DNA of 61,042 nucleotides, counting the filler, from Nemertoderma westbladi (lineage: Eukaryota > Animalia > Xenacoelomorpha): the NCBI GenBank assembly GCA_032718475.1. It is 3 parts of 3 records of this genome, joined end to end, with 100 filler letters (N's around TTAATTAATTAA, not from the genome) between each part and the next. Parts side by side here need not be neighbours in the genome. Positions count along the whole stretch, not along the records: positions 19,872 to 46,610 come from JAUCBJ010000645.1; 2 more parts are not named here. One strand, written 5' to 3'. The position numbers and the translations under genes are program-made. Position 1 is the first letter of the stretch; each line of letters starts with the position of its first letter. Below, in pieces: positions 22,590 through 35,000 of the stretch. Below the pieces are notes generated by a model that ran no database searches, was not told the origin of the DNA, and worked only from the letters and a program-made list of their open reading frames with translations.

Positions 22590-23060
22590 GTGTTCGGCTG
22601 TCCCGAAGTCGGACCAAAAGAAAACATGTCAGGAAATTGCAGTATATTTACAGTTTTAACAAAGTATTTATCAAACAAGTTTCAACAAGAAACCGAATTA
22701 ACTAATTTTACAAAGTAAACTGATAGAGTAACGTTGTAAGCGAAGGGGGGTAGAAGTGTCGTACTAGGTGATAACCGAAGGCAAACCGGCCTTTTATACT
22801 AGAAATTGCACATGGAAACTAAACAAAATTTTCCACAGCTTCACAATTGAGCAATGAAGTACGTCGTGCCCTATGATTGGCCCAGCTCATCGTTCAACGC
22901 AATACGGCCCTTACACTAAATCTGGGACATGGAATCCTAACAGAATTTTCCACTGCCTCACATTTGAGCAATAAGGTAATTTATGCCCTATGATTGGCCT
23001 GGCTCATTATCCGCTACGTTGTACGCTTCTCATTGGCCTACCAATTAGCACCTAAACAAA
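22590..23060 (-). mobile_element. Probable 5' LTR and primer-binding site of another LTR element (outer boundary uncertain)
   Basis: Minus strand: duplicated block of about 115 bp with CCAAT boxes (about 22825-23030), TATAAAAGG near 22790-22798, LTR end ...CCTGACA at 22627, then TGGTCC..TTCG..AGCCG resembling a tRNA-Tyr PBS. Confidence 0.55.
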
Positions 23061-23086
23061 AATAAATGGCCCCAAAATACAAATTT

Positions 23087-23155
23087 CCCGACTGGGATTC
23101 GAACTCGTAACCTACGTAATGTAACCAACGCCTTAACCATCTGACCACTACGCCA
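23087..23155 (-). pseudogene. tRNA-derived sequence (pseudo-tRNA or SINE head)
   Basis: Minus strand GTGGTCAGATGGTTAAGGCG...GAGTTCGAATCCCAGTCGGG has A and B boxes, but no convincing anticodon arm. Confidence 0.55.
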
Positions 23156-24453
23156 CGAGAGTACCTAAGGGTTTTATGTGTACAAATATAAATCGGCATA
23201 TTACATTACTGTAATTTAATCAAAATACGTCGGATTTTCAAAAGTTTTTACGTTAAAGTTAAACTACAAATGCTACCTTATAGTGAAATAATTCATCAGT
23301 ACGTATATGGACTTTTTAACCATTGGCCATTATATCGATTCACACGATACGGACTATGTCGAACATATATCCTACCCAGCGGAGTCGGAACGATAAACTG
23401 AAATTCGAATGCGAAAATTCTATTCGAAATCGACTCGAAAGAAAAGACATTAGAGAGACAAATGGACGCGGTAACTCTAACGTATATTTGGAATTCTTGA
23501 TAGAAGCATTGTAACAACAAATAAATATCATCCGCGTTTCCCCTACCAGACGTGCATCTTTGGTATTATTACGATAAATGCCCTAGACTCAACTAATAAA
23601 CGGAAAGACATAAACATCCACGGAAACCGAAACTTGTTCGACATATCACCTACGCTCGCTCGACTCAGACGATCCTTGAGTAAACCTACGATCATCGTTC
23701 CGGAATACTCAGTCAGACCACCTAGTTCCTTGATTAGACCTCAGACTTTCGATTCTGATGGTATCCCAGATCCTCACGAGCTGTATTCACTGTTCAAAGA
23801 TCTAGTGCTACCCTAACAATTAATCGGTAACACTCCGGCAGCGAGCTCTAGCTAGCCGCCCATCTTACCTAGCCGTATTGGAACGCGGACACCTAATATC
23901 ACCATTCAACCGTATGGTCGTCCCAGTTTAACGCGATACAACCCTTCATCAAGGTGAAGGAGAGCATTGTACGAAACGAGTTAAACGCTATTCTACAAAG
24001 ATCAGAAAGGAAACCTGCGTTTGTTCAGATAAACGTAAGTTATAACAGCAAGTCCAAGCGGTAAACGAATTGGCTTTATCTCAGTTCGATTGGGAAATCT
24101 TGAATCTTTAAGAAGATATCGAGCTTAGACAACCCTATTCTCTGCGAGAGTTTTGGACGAGCGTGTCCAACGACAAGCGGAGGAAAATCAGCTCGAGGAG
24201 AAGCAGATCGAAATGGACGAGACACTGACCGTAACCCTAAACCTTCTGATGCAATTGTATTGCACCCTTCACCCAGGAGTTATAGCCATCCTAGTAAAGT
24301 GGCTCGCCCCAAAGAGAAAAGGACTCTTGCTAGTCTCAAGAAACTGTGTAAACGCCGTCCGCGCAAGAAAAACTAACTGTTTAGAGTATCTTTATATTTT
24401 AGAAACTGTGATTTTTATATTTTATAGACTAAAATCCCATTTTCTGGGAGCGG

Positions 24454-24895
24454 TGTAAAAGCTTTTGCGGAATTGCCCGGTTATTTTCCCCGTAAAGTGC
24501 TCTGTAGTTGGTTTAGCAGGCATAAAAGGCCGTGTCATTGCTGTACCGGTGTTTTTAGGGGACATAAAAGCTATTTCTTCTGTATGTGTACTTTAGAGGA
24601 CATAATTAGCAATTCTATGACGCAACGCCCTAGAACCTCTTGAAACAGTGTCGTTACTATGACGACAGCTAACGGCTGAGCTTTACACGTGTAGCTTGCC
24701 CGGAGCCTTGCCTTGGTTCTTTGTTCTGCTCAGCTCAAAATGACGACATCTATCAGCTGTTTCCACGTGGAGCTTTTTGCCATTCGACCAATCAGAGATT
24801 CCCTCTTTGTGTAAAAGCTGTACAGCAGAATTACAGGATTCAGTACTGACGTTTCCCCCACGCCTAGAACACCGGCCGGGGAATGTTTTCTGACA
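24454..24895 (+). repeat. Possible 3' LTR preceded by a decayed ORF region (about 23300-24400)
   Basis: PPT-like GGGAGCGG followed by TGTAAAAG; a CCAAT box; candidate end TTCTGACA. No partner LTR is visible. Confidence 0.35.
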
Positions 24896-25708
24896 TTAGA
24901 GCGTCTTTAATTATAAGATCATCAAACTGTTATCTCGGTTAACTCGGTTTTGGTACAGCACCTCGGTACCTCGGTCTCGGTCTCGGCATCTGATTAAGCA
25001 CCCTGACGTAAACTGCTTTTCGCCGCATTATTTACTGCTATTTACTGTGTTGTTAATTGTATCGTTCGTTTACATATTATTATTGGGAAGAATATTGATA
25101 ACGATCCGAAAACCCAATCTTCTTGATACACTAAGGTTAGAGAGACCGGTTACATATAACAATTTGCGACATACATTATCGTGGTTCGTAGTGAGTTCAA
25201 TGCTACTTAATAGGCCCTACAAATGTCGGTTGTTATTCTCTTTATATATGATTAAAATCAGTGAATGTCGGCAATTCAGTGTGCAGTTGTGTGCAATAGT
25301 CTGTGTGTGCTTGACCGAGTAACAAAGCATTTCCTAAAGAATGCACTTTGGTGATCTATAAGACATACTGTTGTGTATAGTGTAAGTCATAGCTCTGTTT
25401 AAATAGATAGAGCGCCACGCCCTAAAGAAACTGCTAATATTTCCCAAAAGTGAATAATATTTGTCAGAGATTATATATTAACGATCAATCGAATAGTACG
25501 GTAGGCCTGCACTGCAATCAAATTAAAGCATCCAAATCCAGTCTCCCGGGTATATCCAGCGGGTGAATGGTCGCGCACAGACTGGCTTTGTCTAATGTTA
25601 GAATTATTATAGGTGTTCAATACTTGTCATAGGCTGGAGTAGATTTATAACCTAGAAGACATATAGATTTGGCGGGTTAAACTGCCTAAGGTCTTAAAAG
25701 CGCGAACA

Positions 25709-28036
25709 GAACAAGTTCTACAGTAGTGTGGGAAGGGAAGGGAAGGGAAAAAACTTGTAGGGTGGGTCTGGAAGTGGAATGGGAACAAGTTCTACAGTAG
25801 TGTGGGAAGGGAAGGAAAAAAACTTGTAGGGTGGGACCGGAAGTGGAATGGGTACAAGTTCTAGTGTGGGAAGGGAAGAAAAAAAAACTTTGTAGGGTGG
25901 GACCGGAAGTGGAATGGGAACAAGTTCTAGTGTGGGAAGGGAAGGAAAAAACTTTTAGGGTGGGACCGGAAGTGGAATGGGAACAAGTTCTAGTGTGGGA
26001 AGGGAATTAAAAAACTTTTAGGGTGGGACTGGAAGTGGAATGGGAACAAGTTCTAGTGTGGGAAGGGAAGGAAAAAAACTTTGTAGGGTGGGACTGGAAG
26101 TGGAATGGGAACAAGTTCTAGTGTGGGAAGGGAACATCAAGTGCTGGCTTGTAAATGAATTAAGTTCTAGTGTGGGAAGGGAAGGAAAAAAACTTGTAGG
26201 GTAGGACTAGAAGTGGAATGGGAACAAGTTCTAGTGTGGGAAGGGAAGGAAAAAAACTTGTAGGGTGGGACTGGAATGGGAACAAGTTCTAGTGTGGGAA
26301 GGGAACATCAAGTGCTGGCTTGTAAATGAATTAAGTTCTAGTGTGGGAAGGGAAGGAAAAAAACTTGTAGGGTGGGACTGGAAGTGGAATGGGAACAAGT
26401 TCTAGTGTGGGGAGGGAACATCAAGTGCTGGCTTGTAAATGAATTAAGTTTTAGTGTGGGAAGGGAAGGAAAAAAACTTGTAGGATGAGACTGGAAGTGG
26501 AATGGGAACAAGTTCTAGTGTGGGAAGGGAAGGAAAAAAACTTTGTAGGGTGGGACTGGAAGTGGAATGGGAACAAGTTCTAGTGTGGGAAGGGAACATC
26601 AAGTGCTTGCTTGTAAATGAATTAAGTTCTAGTGTGGGAAGGGAAGGAAAAAAACTTGTAGGGTGGGACTGGAAGTGGAATGGGAACAAGTTCTAGTGTG
26701 GGAAGGGAACATCAAGTGCTTGCTTGTAAATGAATTAAGTTCTAGTGTGGGAAGGGAAGGAAAAAAACTTGTAGGGTGGGACTGGAAGTGGAATGGGAAC
26801 AAGTTCTAGTGTGGGAAGGGAAGGAAAAAAAACTTGTAAGAAGGGACTGGAAGTGGAATGGGAACAAGTTCTAGTGTGGGAAGGGAAGGAAAAAAACTTT
26901 TAGGGTGGGACTGGAAGTGGAATGGGAACAAGTTCTAGTGTGGGAAGGGAACATCAAGTGCTGGCTTGTAAATGAATTAAGTTATAGTGTGGGAAGGGAA
27001 GGAAAAAAACTTGTAGGGTGGGACTAGAAGTGGAATGGGAACAAGTTCTCAGTAGTGTGGGAAGGGAAGGAAAAAAAACTTGCAGGATGGGACTGGAAGT
27101 GGAATGGGAACAAGTTCTAGTGTGGGAAGGGAAGGAAAAAAACTTGTAGGGTGGGACTGGAAGTGGAATGGAAACAAGTTGTAGTGTGGGAAGGGAACAT
27201 CAAGTGCTGGCTTGTAAATGAATTAAGTTCTAGTGTTGGAAGGGAAGGAAAAAAACTTGTAGGGTGGGACTAGAAGTGGAATGGGAACAAGTTCTACAGT
27301 AGTGTGGGAAGGGAAGGAAAAAAAACTTGTAGGATGGTACTGGAAGTGGAATGGGAACAAGTTCTAGTGTGGGAAGGGAAGGAAAAAAACTTGTAGGGTG
27401 GGACTGGAAGTGGAATGGGAACAAGTTCTAGTGTGGGAAGGGAAGGAAAAAAACTTGTAGGGTGGGACTGGAAGTGGAATGGGAACAAGTTCTAGTGTGG
27501 GAAGGGAAGGAAAAAAACTTGTAGGGTGGGACTGGAAGTGGAATGGGAACAAGTTCTAGTGTGGGAAGGGAACATCAAGTGCTGGCTTGTAAATGAATTA
27601 AGTTCTAGTGTGGGAAGGGAAGGAAAAAAACTTGTAGGGTGGGACTGGAAGTGGAATGGGAACAAGTTCTAGTGTGGGAAGGGAAGGAAAAAAACTTGTA
27701 GGGTGGGACTGGAAGTGGAATGGGAACAAGTTCTAGTGTGGGAAGGGAACATCAAGTGCAGGCTTGTAAATGAATTAAGTTCTAGTGTGGGAAGGGAAGG
27801 AAAAAAACTTGTAGGGTGGGACTGGAAGTGGAATGGGAACAAGTTCTAGTGTGGGAAGGGAAGGAAAAAAACTTGTAGGGTGGGACTGGAAGTGGAATGG
27901 GAACAAGTTCTAGTGTGGGAAGGGAACATCAAGTGCTGGCTTGTAAATGAATTAAGTTCTAGTGTGGGACTGTGGAGGGAACCACTTGTAGTGTGGGACT
28001 GGAAGTGGAATGGGAATAACTTCTAGTGTGGGACTG
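25709..28036. repeat. G-rich composite satellite: 64-bp A units interspersed with 49-bp B units
   Basis: Shared head AAGTTCTAGTGTGGGAAGGGAA, followed by GGAAAAAAACTTGTAGGGTGGGACTGGAAGTGGAATGGGAAC (A) or CATCAAGTGCTGGCTTGTAAATGAATT (B). Confidence 0.95.
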
Positions 28037-28347
28037 TGCAATATCTAGGACGAAATTTTTATCATTTTAGTGATACCTGTACTTGTTAAAAAATTTATTT
28101 TGAAAATTGTAGCTGATTTCTTAGATACGTTCCCGAATTATCGCCGCGGGGGAGTCGGGACAACTAATATCCCAAATGAATACTAGTCGCCTGCCTGCTA
28201 AAGGTAGGCATAAATAAAAATTGACATTTTCGTTCTAACAACATTAATAAAATTATTTCCAATTGTATTTTCCACCGCATTAGTAACACAAAAGAACTAG
28301 TAAGCCTAAATACGTAAACGTAGTCGTAATGGTAGGTACACTAAAGT

Positions 28348-29223
28348 CTACGGGTTACCACCACCGGTAGTCGAAGGCCTCGCCCACTCCACGTTTAGGA
28401 TTAAATGATCATATCCGAACCCAGAAACCTTCTCAATGGCCTTGGCTGCATCCTCCCGACGAATAAAGTTTATGTAAGCGAATCCGCGACTCTGTTGGGT
28501 CGAACGATCCTTAGCTAGAAACACTCGTTGAATAGTTCCGAAAGGCCGGAACAAATCCTGCAGATCGGACTCACGGACGTCCTCCGAGATGTTGGACACC
28601 CGGATGGTTGCGAATTCATCGCGGCGTTGCATCGAATCTCCGGTAGTCCGACGTCCCGCCCCCTCGCCGCGTAGACTCGGCGGCACGTACTTGTCGCTAG
28701 TGGGACCCCGAGCCGAGCCTCGTGAGTCATCTACACCCTGTCGCTCATCCAGGGATTCCATCGCGTCTTTATACGGACACTTTACCGACCAATGGTCACC
28801 TTTACAGTAGCGACATTGTTGGATCTTCTGGGCGTGGAGTTTCTTTGCGACGTCCTCTTCGGGTTGCGAAACGATCTCCTCTGTTGCTGATAGGAACTGC
28901 ATGGTTACGACCTCACCGACCACCGTTGTCGAGGCCGCCGGACCCGGTTTATCTCCCTTGGAGTCCCCGAACTTCTTCCATCGGCGTCGCGACGCCACCG
29001 TCTTTGGGACACGTTTCCTCTCGATCTTGTAAGTTCGCACGACCTTCTCCACCTTCCCCTCGTCGTTGCGACGGAATTGCGTGACCGTTTTAACGTCTCC
29101 TTTTATCTCTTCGCGCGACGGAGGAAGTTTTTCAGAATATTTACCGACCGCTTCCTCTGCGTCCTCAACTTGGTCAGCCCAACTGCTCTGAACCGGCGTT
29201 TCGCTTGTCTCAACTCCTGGCAT
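28348..29223 (-). CDS. EIF3G: Eukaryotic translation initiation factor 3 subunit G, single exon
   Basis: SWADQVE N-terminus, RRRWKKFG, zinc knuckle CRYCKGDHWSVKCPY, KYVPPSLR, C-terminal RRM (TIRVSNISE...RGFAYINF...GYDHLILNVEWA). First ATG (MPG...) at 29223. Confidence 0.96.
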   Translation of the reverse strand: MPGVETSETPVQSSWADQVEDAEEAVGKYSEKLPPSREEIKGDVKTVTQFRRNDEGKVEKVVRTYKIERKRVPKTVASRRRWKKFGDSKGDKPGPAASTTVVGEVVTMQFLSATEEIVSQPEEDVAKKLHAQKIQQCRYCKGDHWSVKCPYKDAMESLDERQGVDDSRGSARGPTSDKYVPPSLRGEGAGRRTTGDSMQRRDEFATIRVSNISEDVRESDLQDLFRPFGTIQRVFLAKDRSTQQSRGFAYINFIRREDAAKAIEKVSGFGYDHLILNVEWARPSTTGGGNP

Positions 29224-29558
29224 TGTGTACAAGTACGATACGCAGTACGTTCAGACTGTCAGACGTTTGCTGAGACTGCAATTTGCAGAGTATTGCAGTA
29301 TTGACACTGTCAGAGTCAGTAGACCTGGGGCTGTCAGGCTGGCTGGGCTGGCCCCTATCTCCTGGCCTATAATTGCTGAACTATCAACAGATAAAGGCCT
29401 ATCCCTGTATCCCGTACAGCTGTATCCCAAGTATCTCAGTATCTGAGTACTGCAGTACTGGAGTACAGGAGTATCGAGATATCGTATCACAGTATCCAGG
29501 TATCAGTATACTGGTATAGGTACCGGTAGGCCTTTAAAGTTGAAGTTGAAGTTTTTAT

Positions 29559-30615
29559 GGGTAAATCTTTTCGACCTACGCGTAGGCCTACGCGTAGCTA
29601 CGCGTAGGCCTACGCGTAGCTACGCGTAGGCCTACCTACTACGTAGGTGCTACAGTACGTATAACTACGCGTACAGTAGGTGCTACCCATAACTATGCCT
29701 ATACGTCCTTTATCATTAGTAGGCCTACGTATTCCAAGTGGTTCAGTACTAAAATAAGATAATACGGTATGTTCAATAAACAACCCACAACCTTCAAATG
29801 CTTTCAACAGTAATGCATCCTATACCTGTATACTCTACATAGAGGAATACGCTAAGTCTACATATTCTTCACTTCATGCGTTGCGGGTGCTAAAATGTGT
29901 TACCGGTAATAATGTTTAGAGTTCAAAAATAGTTTACAAAGGAAATAGGCCGATGGTTCTTATCGATTCTCTATGCTTATAATTGCCTTTGTTCATGATA
30001 GGGCAAGGATATATTTAATATGTTAACCCCTTGACAAGGGAAGGGGGAGACTAAATTGTCTACCATGATTGGTTGCACTTCTTGTTATTTGACCAAACAA
30101 TTGAATTATACAGTATGCAGTATTTATCAGCTTTCGCTTAACCACTTCAGCGGTAGATTGTTAGCTTACTACTGTAGAATATTTAAATAATCCAATGGAA
30201 ACAAAGATACTTGAATCATGAGACGTGAATTTTAAGTCTACTTTTTATTCATCCTGTGTTTGTATGTGAAAGAGCCGAATATTATTTATTACCAGTGCTG
30301 TATGTAGAGATATGAGTTTCCGATTCTGTTATTCCATTTGTCTGATAATCAGATACCTGACATATACCGATACTTGCCTAACAACTCAACCCTACCGGAC
30401 CTGAAATGAAAAATCATTGTTATCAGGACTGCTACGCGTAGCACCTACGCGTAGTTCCAAAATAACTACGCGTAGTTTTAAAACACCTACGCGTAGTTGT
30501 TAAAAAGACAGTAAGTCTGGCCCTACCGGTAAATGACAGGAATGGAAGTTACAAACTACGCGTACCTACGCGTAGCTACGCGTAGGCCTACGCGTAGGTC
30601 GAAAAGATTTACCTG
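29559..30615. mobile_element. Non-autonomous DNA transposon (MITE, probably hAT) with palindromic CTACGCGTAG subterminal repeats
   Basis: About 50-bp inverted termini GGTAAATCTTTTCGACCTACGCGTAGG... / ...CCTACGCGTAGGTCGAAAAGATTTACC(TG). Flanks GTTTTTAT / TTTTTTAT suggest an 8-bp TSD. Confidence 0.8.
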
Positions 30616-30795
30616 TTTTTTATTCCAAAACACTATCTGACTTTAGAAACAATAATAGAAACGAAACACTAATAGAATCACATGGCAGTTATTTTTCGGT
30701 ACCTATTTTTTTTATATTCTTTACCTATTTTTTTCAAATTAATTTTTTACCTATTTTACCGGTATTGTTCTTTTTACCTATTAATATTTCGACAT

Positions 30796-31411
30796 CCAGA
30801 TTTGATTTTTAATATTTAAAAAATTATGATTACAATAATATGTTAAACTGATTTAAAAACTAAGTAACTAAAAACGTACATAGTTTACTTTAAAGGAAAT
30901 TAAGTTTTCAATAAAAATACCTCATCAGAGTATTTAAATCAAATTACGTAAATTTTTTAGAAGGTAGGCCCTATTTATTAAGGGTGTCCGCTCATTAGGT
31001 CATTACATTTCTAGCTTACAATTTCTAACTTACGTGAATTTTTTATGATCACATAGTTATGTATAATTAAATTATAAATAAAAATAGATTTTATGGATTT
31101 ATTTATTTCTTTATTTACATTTATTATGAAAATTAGAGCCAGGGAGGAGGCAAGCGTGTCGAATTTAAACAATTACTGTATAAGAAAATACAATGCAGCC
31201 ATTGCAATGCTACGCCAATATGGAGGTCTTTGACCTTAATTATGATTTAAGGAACATTAAATCAAATTTCTAATAAATAATAATTTAAAAATATTCCATG
31301 GCCTGTTATCTTAACTAGTTGTTAGTGTAACAATAGGCCCTACAAGACACAGTCTGGGACACTACCACAACACTGCCTTGCAAATCTAATCGCTGTCCAG
31401 TCCATCCACAA
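30796..31411 (+). repeat. Interspersed AT-rich repeat, copy 1
   Basis: Colinear with 59961-60506 from ATTTGATTTTTAATATT through CAGTCTGGGACACTACCACAACAC..CCTTG.AAATC.AATCGCTG. Confidence 0.85.
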
Positions 31412-31504
31412 CATGTGTTGACTAATTATTGCACTATCCTGCAATATAATGTTTTGCAGTTTTGGTTCAGCCGTTTTGAAATTATATCAACTAATATAAA
31501 AGAA

Positions 31505-31990
31505 GCCCATGTGGGGAGACATGACGCCCGAGTGGGAGGGAGACTTGAAGCCTTCAATGCTGACGTCTACCTAGAGATACACCCACGTAGAGAACCATTA
31601 CACCACAGCACTCCAACTAGTTGATTGTTACTTAAACAGACTAGACTAGAACCAGACCAGACCAGACTAGAAAATAGACATGTTGAACATGTAATTATTA
31701 CACTTCTTATGCATTTTTGAACGAATTTATAAGAATGCGAGGTGGGGTTCAAGTCTCCCCCCCCCTAGGTCTCAAGTCTCCACCCATTGGGGGAGACTTG
31801 ACGCTTTTTCGAAAATACGAATAATTGGTATAATTAAAAAAGTTTAAGAGTTGAAATTCTCAAACTCTCACATAATGATAGCAATCATAAATGTAATGTG
31901 AAAAAGTTAAAACGGCATTGAAAAATTAATTTATCTGTTCTTTAGAGCGATTATAACTTTTGGGGTTCAAATCTCCCTCACTCACCCTAT
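31505..31990. mobile_element. MITE-like remnant with GGGAGACTTGA / TCAAGTCTCCC repeats in both orientations
   Basis: Motif near 31512, 31537 and 31790; inverted near 31748, 31772 and 31967. Terminus-like CTCACTCACCCT near 31988. Confidence 0.5.
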
Positions 31991-32013
31991 GGTAATTATT
32001 TAATGGGCTAGGA

Positions 32014-35000
32014 TGTAAGCCGGCACACACGGGTCTAAACACGATTGTCCAGATTCTCAATTTTGCTAAGTTATAGAGACACACCTGGGTTCGGTGTCAA
32101 TAATAAGTTTCGGTTCGACGTATCAGCGATATTATTAATCATAAGCTCAGCAATGCAAATAAAGCAAATAGATCAAATCATAATATTTAATAATATGTAT
32201 AATGTGAGTATTTATATTACAATCTATAATACGATTTTAATATTTATAATATTACAATGTAATAATTCCAGTCAATAAAGCTTGACTGGGTCTTACAATG
32301 ACCATAGCTTAGCATTGAATACAAACTAAATATATGATGAAGGTGTCTGTTCACTAATTGCCGTTTATATACGGAAAGCCCAAAGAGGCAACTTACGGCA
32401 TCCAGCATCACCGTGTGGTTTAAAGAGGCACCTGCTACTACAGAACGAATGTGAGCACAATGACGCTAGGTGGCGTCTCAATTAACTAAATAAGGCCAGG
32501 GTGTAGCTTTTACTAGAAATTCATTATTAACCAGTAACACAGAATAAATCCATTCTTAAATTAATTAACTAAACAGAATGTGGGCTTTAAATCTAGATAA
32601 TTCAAAATAAGTAAATTAAAACTGCAGAGAACAGCACCGCTTCCATTCATTTAACCCGGATGTTCGCACGTAATGAACATTAACAAGCTCGGATACAGAG
32701 AGCAGTAGTTGATAGTCTGGAATGTTGGAACGTTGCACTTCAATTTGATGTAAGTCCGCCGATCTATCCCATAACCTTATACAGTATATTTAATAAGCGA
32801 TGTCTCGTTGTCACTTTGGGTGGTGCCGAAGGGGCAAGAAGTAGAATGTAGATGTCACTTTAATAGGCACTTATAGCACTGTTAAGAGAAACTGAAGGCG
32901 ATTGAAGAAAGTATGGTTGGTAATTAGTTCCTTCTTAATTAGTTCCAGCTCAGCCAGGGGAAGCAATGATCCCATTGTCGGCATAGTCGCGAAGGGGCTC
33001 AGCAATAGGATTCCAATATCGGAGCAACAGCAATGAGGTTTGTGATGTTGATGCCAGTGTGAAATGGGTTAGGTTACGTCCGAATGTAGATGACACCGAA
33101 ATGCGTAACAGACAGGGACAGGTGAACGTGTACCTTCGTTTTGGAACCCTTCCATAAGAGTTTGGTCCGCAGAGCGGATTAGATCAGAGAAGATGAATAG
33201 GCTCTTCATTTAATTGTTCCTATTCTCGTCGTCTTGCAGGATAGAAAGCGGATCGATTGTGTGGAGAGCCATCAAGTGGGAAAAGGGGGGCAGGTGAGTG
33301 TCACCCACCGACACGTACCGGGTTCCATTTCCCCATCAATCCCCTGCTGCAAGCCAAGAATTCTGCAACTAGGCCTACCAGCAGTAATTATAAACTATCG
33401 TGGCTGAATGCAGAATCTGGCGACCCGTTGAGACGGGGAATGGTCTGGAACCATAGTTGGTCAGCTATAGTCTTTGCATCAAAGACAGTTTGGACAATTG
33501 CATATACTCATTCATTTAACCACACAATTAATTCCACACAATTTAGTCTATTTAAATATGAATTATTGGTTCCCTTTTGATAATCGGTCTAAGTACTGTT
33601 CAAAAGACTTATCTAATACCTACCATGATATCACTAATTTATATTTATAAGAACAATGTTAGGCTGATCAACTATAAACCACAATGTACATAGTGAGGTT
33701 TACAATTAAACAAACATTGTTTGTGTTTCCAAGGAGACGCGTAATTTTATTTCCTTTACTAATTTTGTTCCAAAATTAGTTCAGCGACATATTGGTAGAT
33801 GTAGAAATTAGATCACTCGGCACTCACACTTATTTCACACTTATTTCACACTTAGTAACTACTGTAATAGTTATTTGATTGGTTATGACGATATTTAATT
33901 TGGTTGGTTTAAATTGGTTATTACTAATTTGTAATTTAATAAATTGATTATTAATCGATATTTTTGAAAACGTTTCGCATATTTCTAAGCCCATAACGAC
34001 ACACAAATCCGCTTCCACGATTGAGTAATGTTGTTAGCAATTAGTCATTTAGCAATTAGTTCCCTTGCTATTTCTAGTAAATAAAGGCGGCCGATTTTCG
34101 ATTGAAATAGTGTACAGTACCTTGGGTTTGGGTTTAGCTCTCCAAATAGCTAAATCGACTAAACGAACTAGATCGTCATTTCACATAAAAACTACAGTTA
34201 TACGGCCTGTTTCCCAGTTGTTTCTAGGTTGGTCTTGATCCTCTAGCAGTACTATGTCACCAATAGATATATTTTCCTTTTTTGAGAACCATTTAGTTCT
34301 AAGTTGGATCAAAGGTAAATAATATCTTTCAAGGTGTGTAGCGAATTGCCGAGATAGTAGCTGCATCATCTGCTATGTAAGTCTCAATAGTTCATCGCCA
34401 TCCTGGTGTTTGGAAATGGGTAGCATGAGCAGGGGTTTTCTCAATATGAAATGCACTGGTGTAAGGGGTTCCAAGGCTTGTGGATCAGACAAAATGGGGA
34501 GAAGAGGTCAATCGTTTAAGTATAGCTTGATATCTCCTCTAATAGAGTTTGAAGTTATTCGTCGGTTAAATAAGCCTTGCATGGGATGATGTGATGGAAT
34601 GCCACCTTAGTGCTACCTATTAATCATTCCCAACTTCCACCCCACCAGGATGCATCAGCGGTGTTGAAGGTCCACATAGATGCTGATACTTTGAGGTGCT
34701 CGTCGAGTTGGTATTTGTTCCACAGTCGTTGATAAATTTAGAAATCTCGTTGTTGGAACCCACGAAGTTGGTACCCTGGTCAGATCTCATAGTCCGACTG
34801 GTTCCGAATGTGGCGATCAGTCTCCGAAGACAGATAATAAAGCTGTTCATTGACATATCATTGGCCATATCGAGGTAGACAGCTTGGAAAGTCATACAAA
34901 GAAAGATCACGGACCACCTCTTTACTACAGAACGAGCGCGTTTGACTTCAAAGGGTCCGAAGAGATCCACGCCGGTATGGGTAAATGGTGGGTGATAGTA

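Noticed and set aside
22627-23060. As the 5' LTR of the exonuclease-bearing BEL element
   Set aside because: No sequence match to the 9464-10038 LTR, and it lies across an artificial join.
23087-23155. Functional tRNA gene
   Set aside because: A and B boxes are present, but the anticodon and acceptor stems do not pair convincingly.
25709-28036. Constant repeat with intervening segments, superficially CRISPR-like
   Set aside because: Only two recurring tails rather than unique spacers; no cas genes; eukaryotic context.
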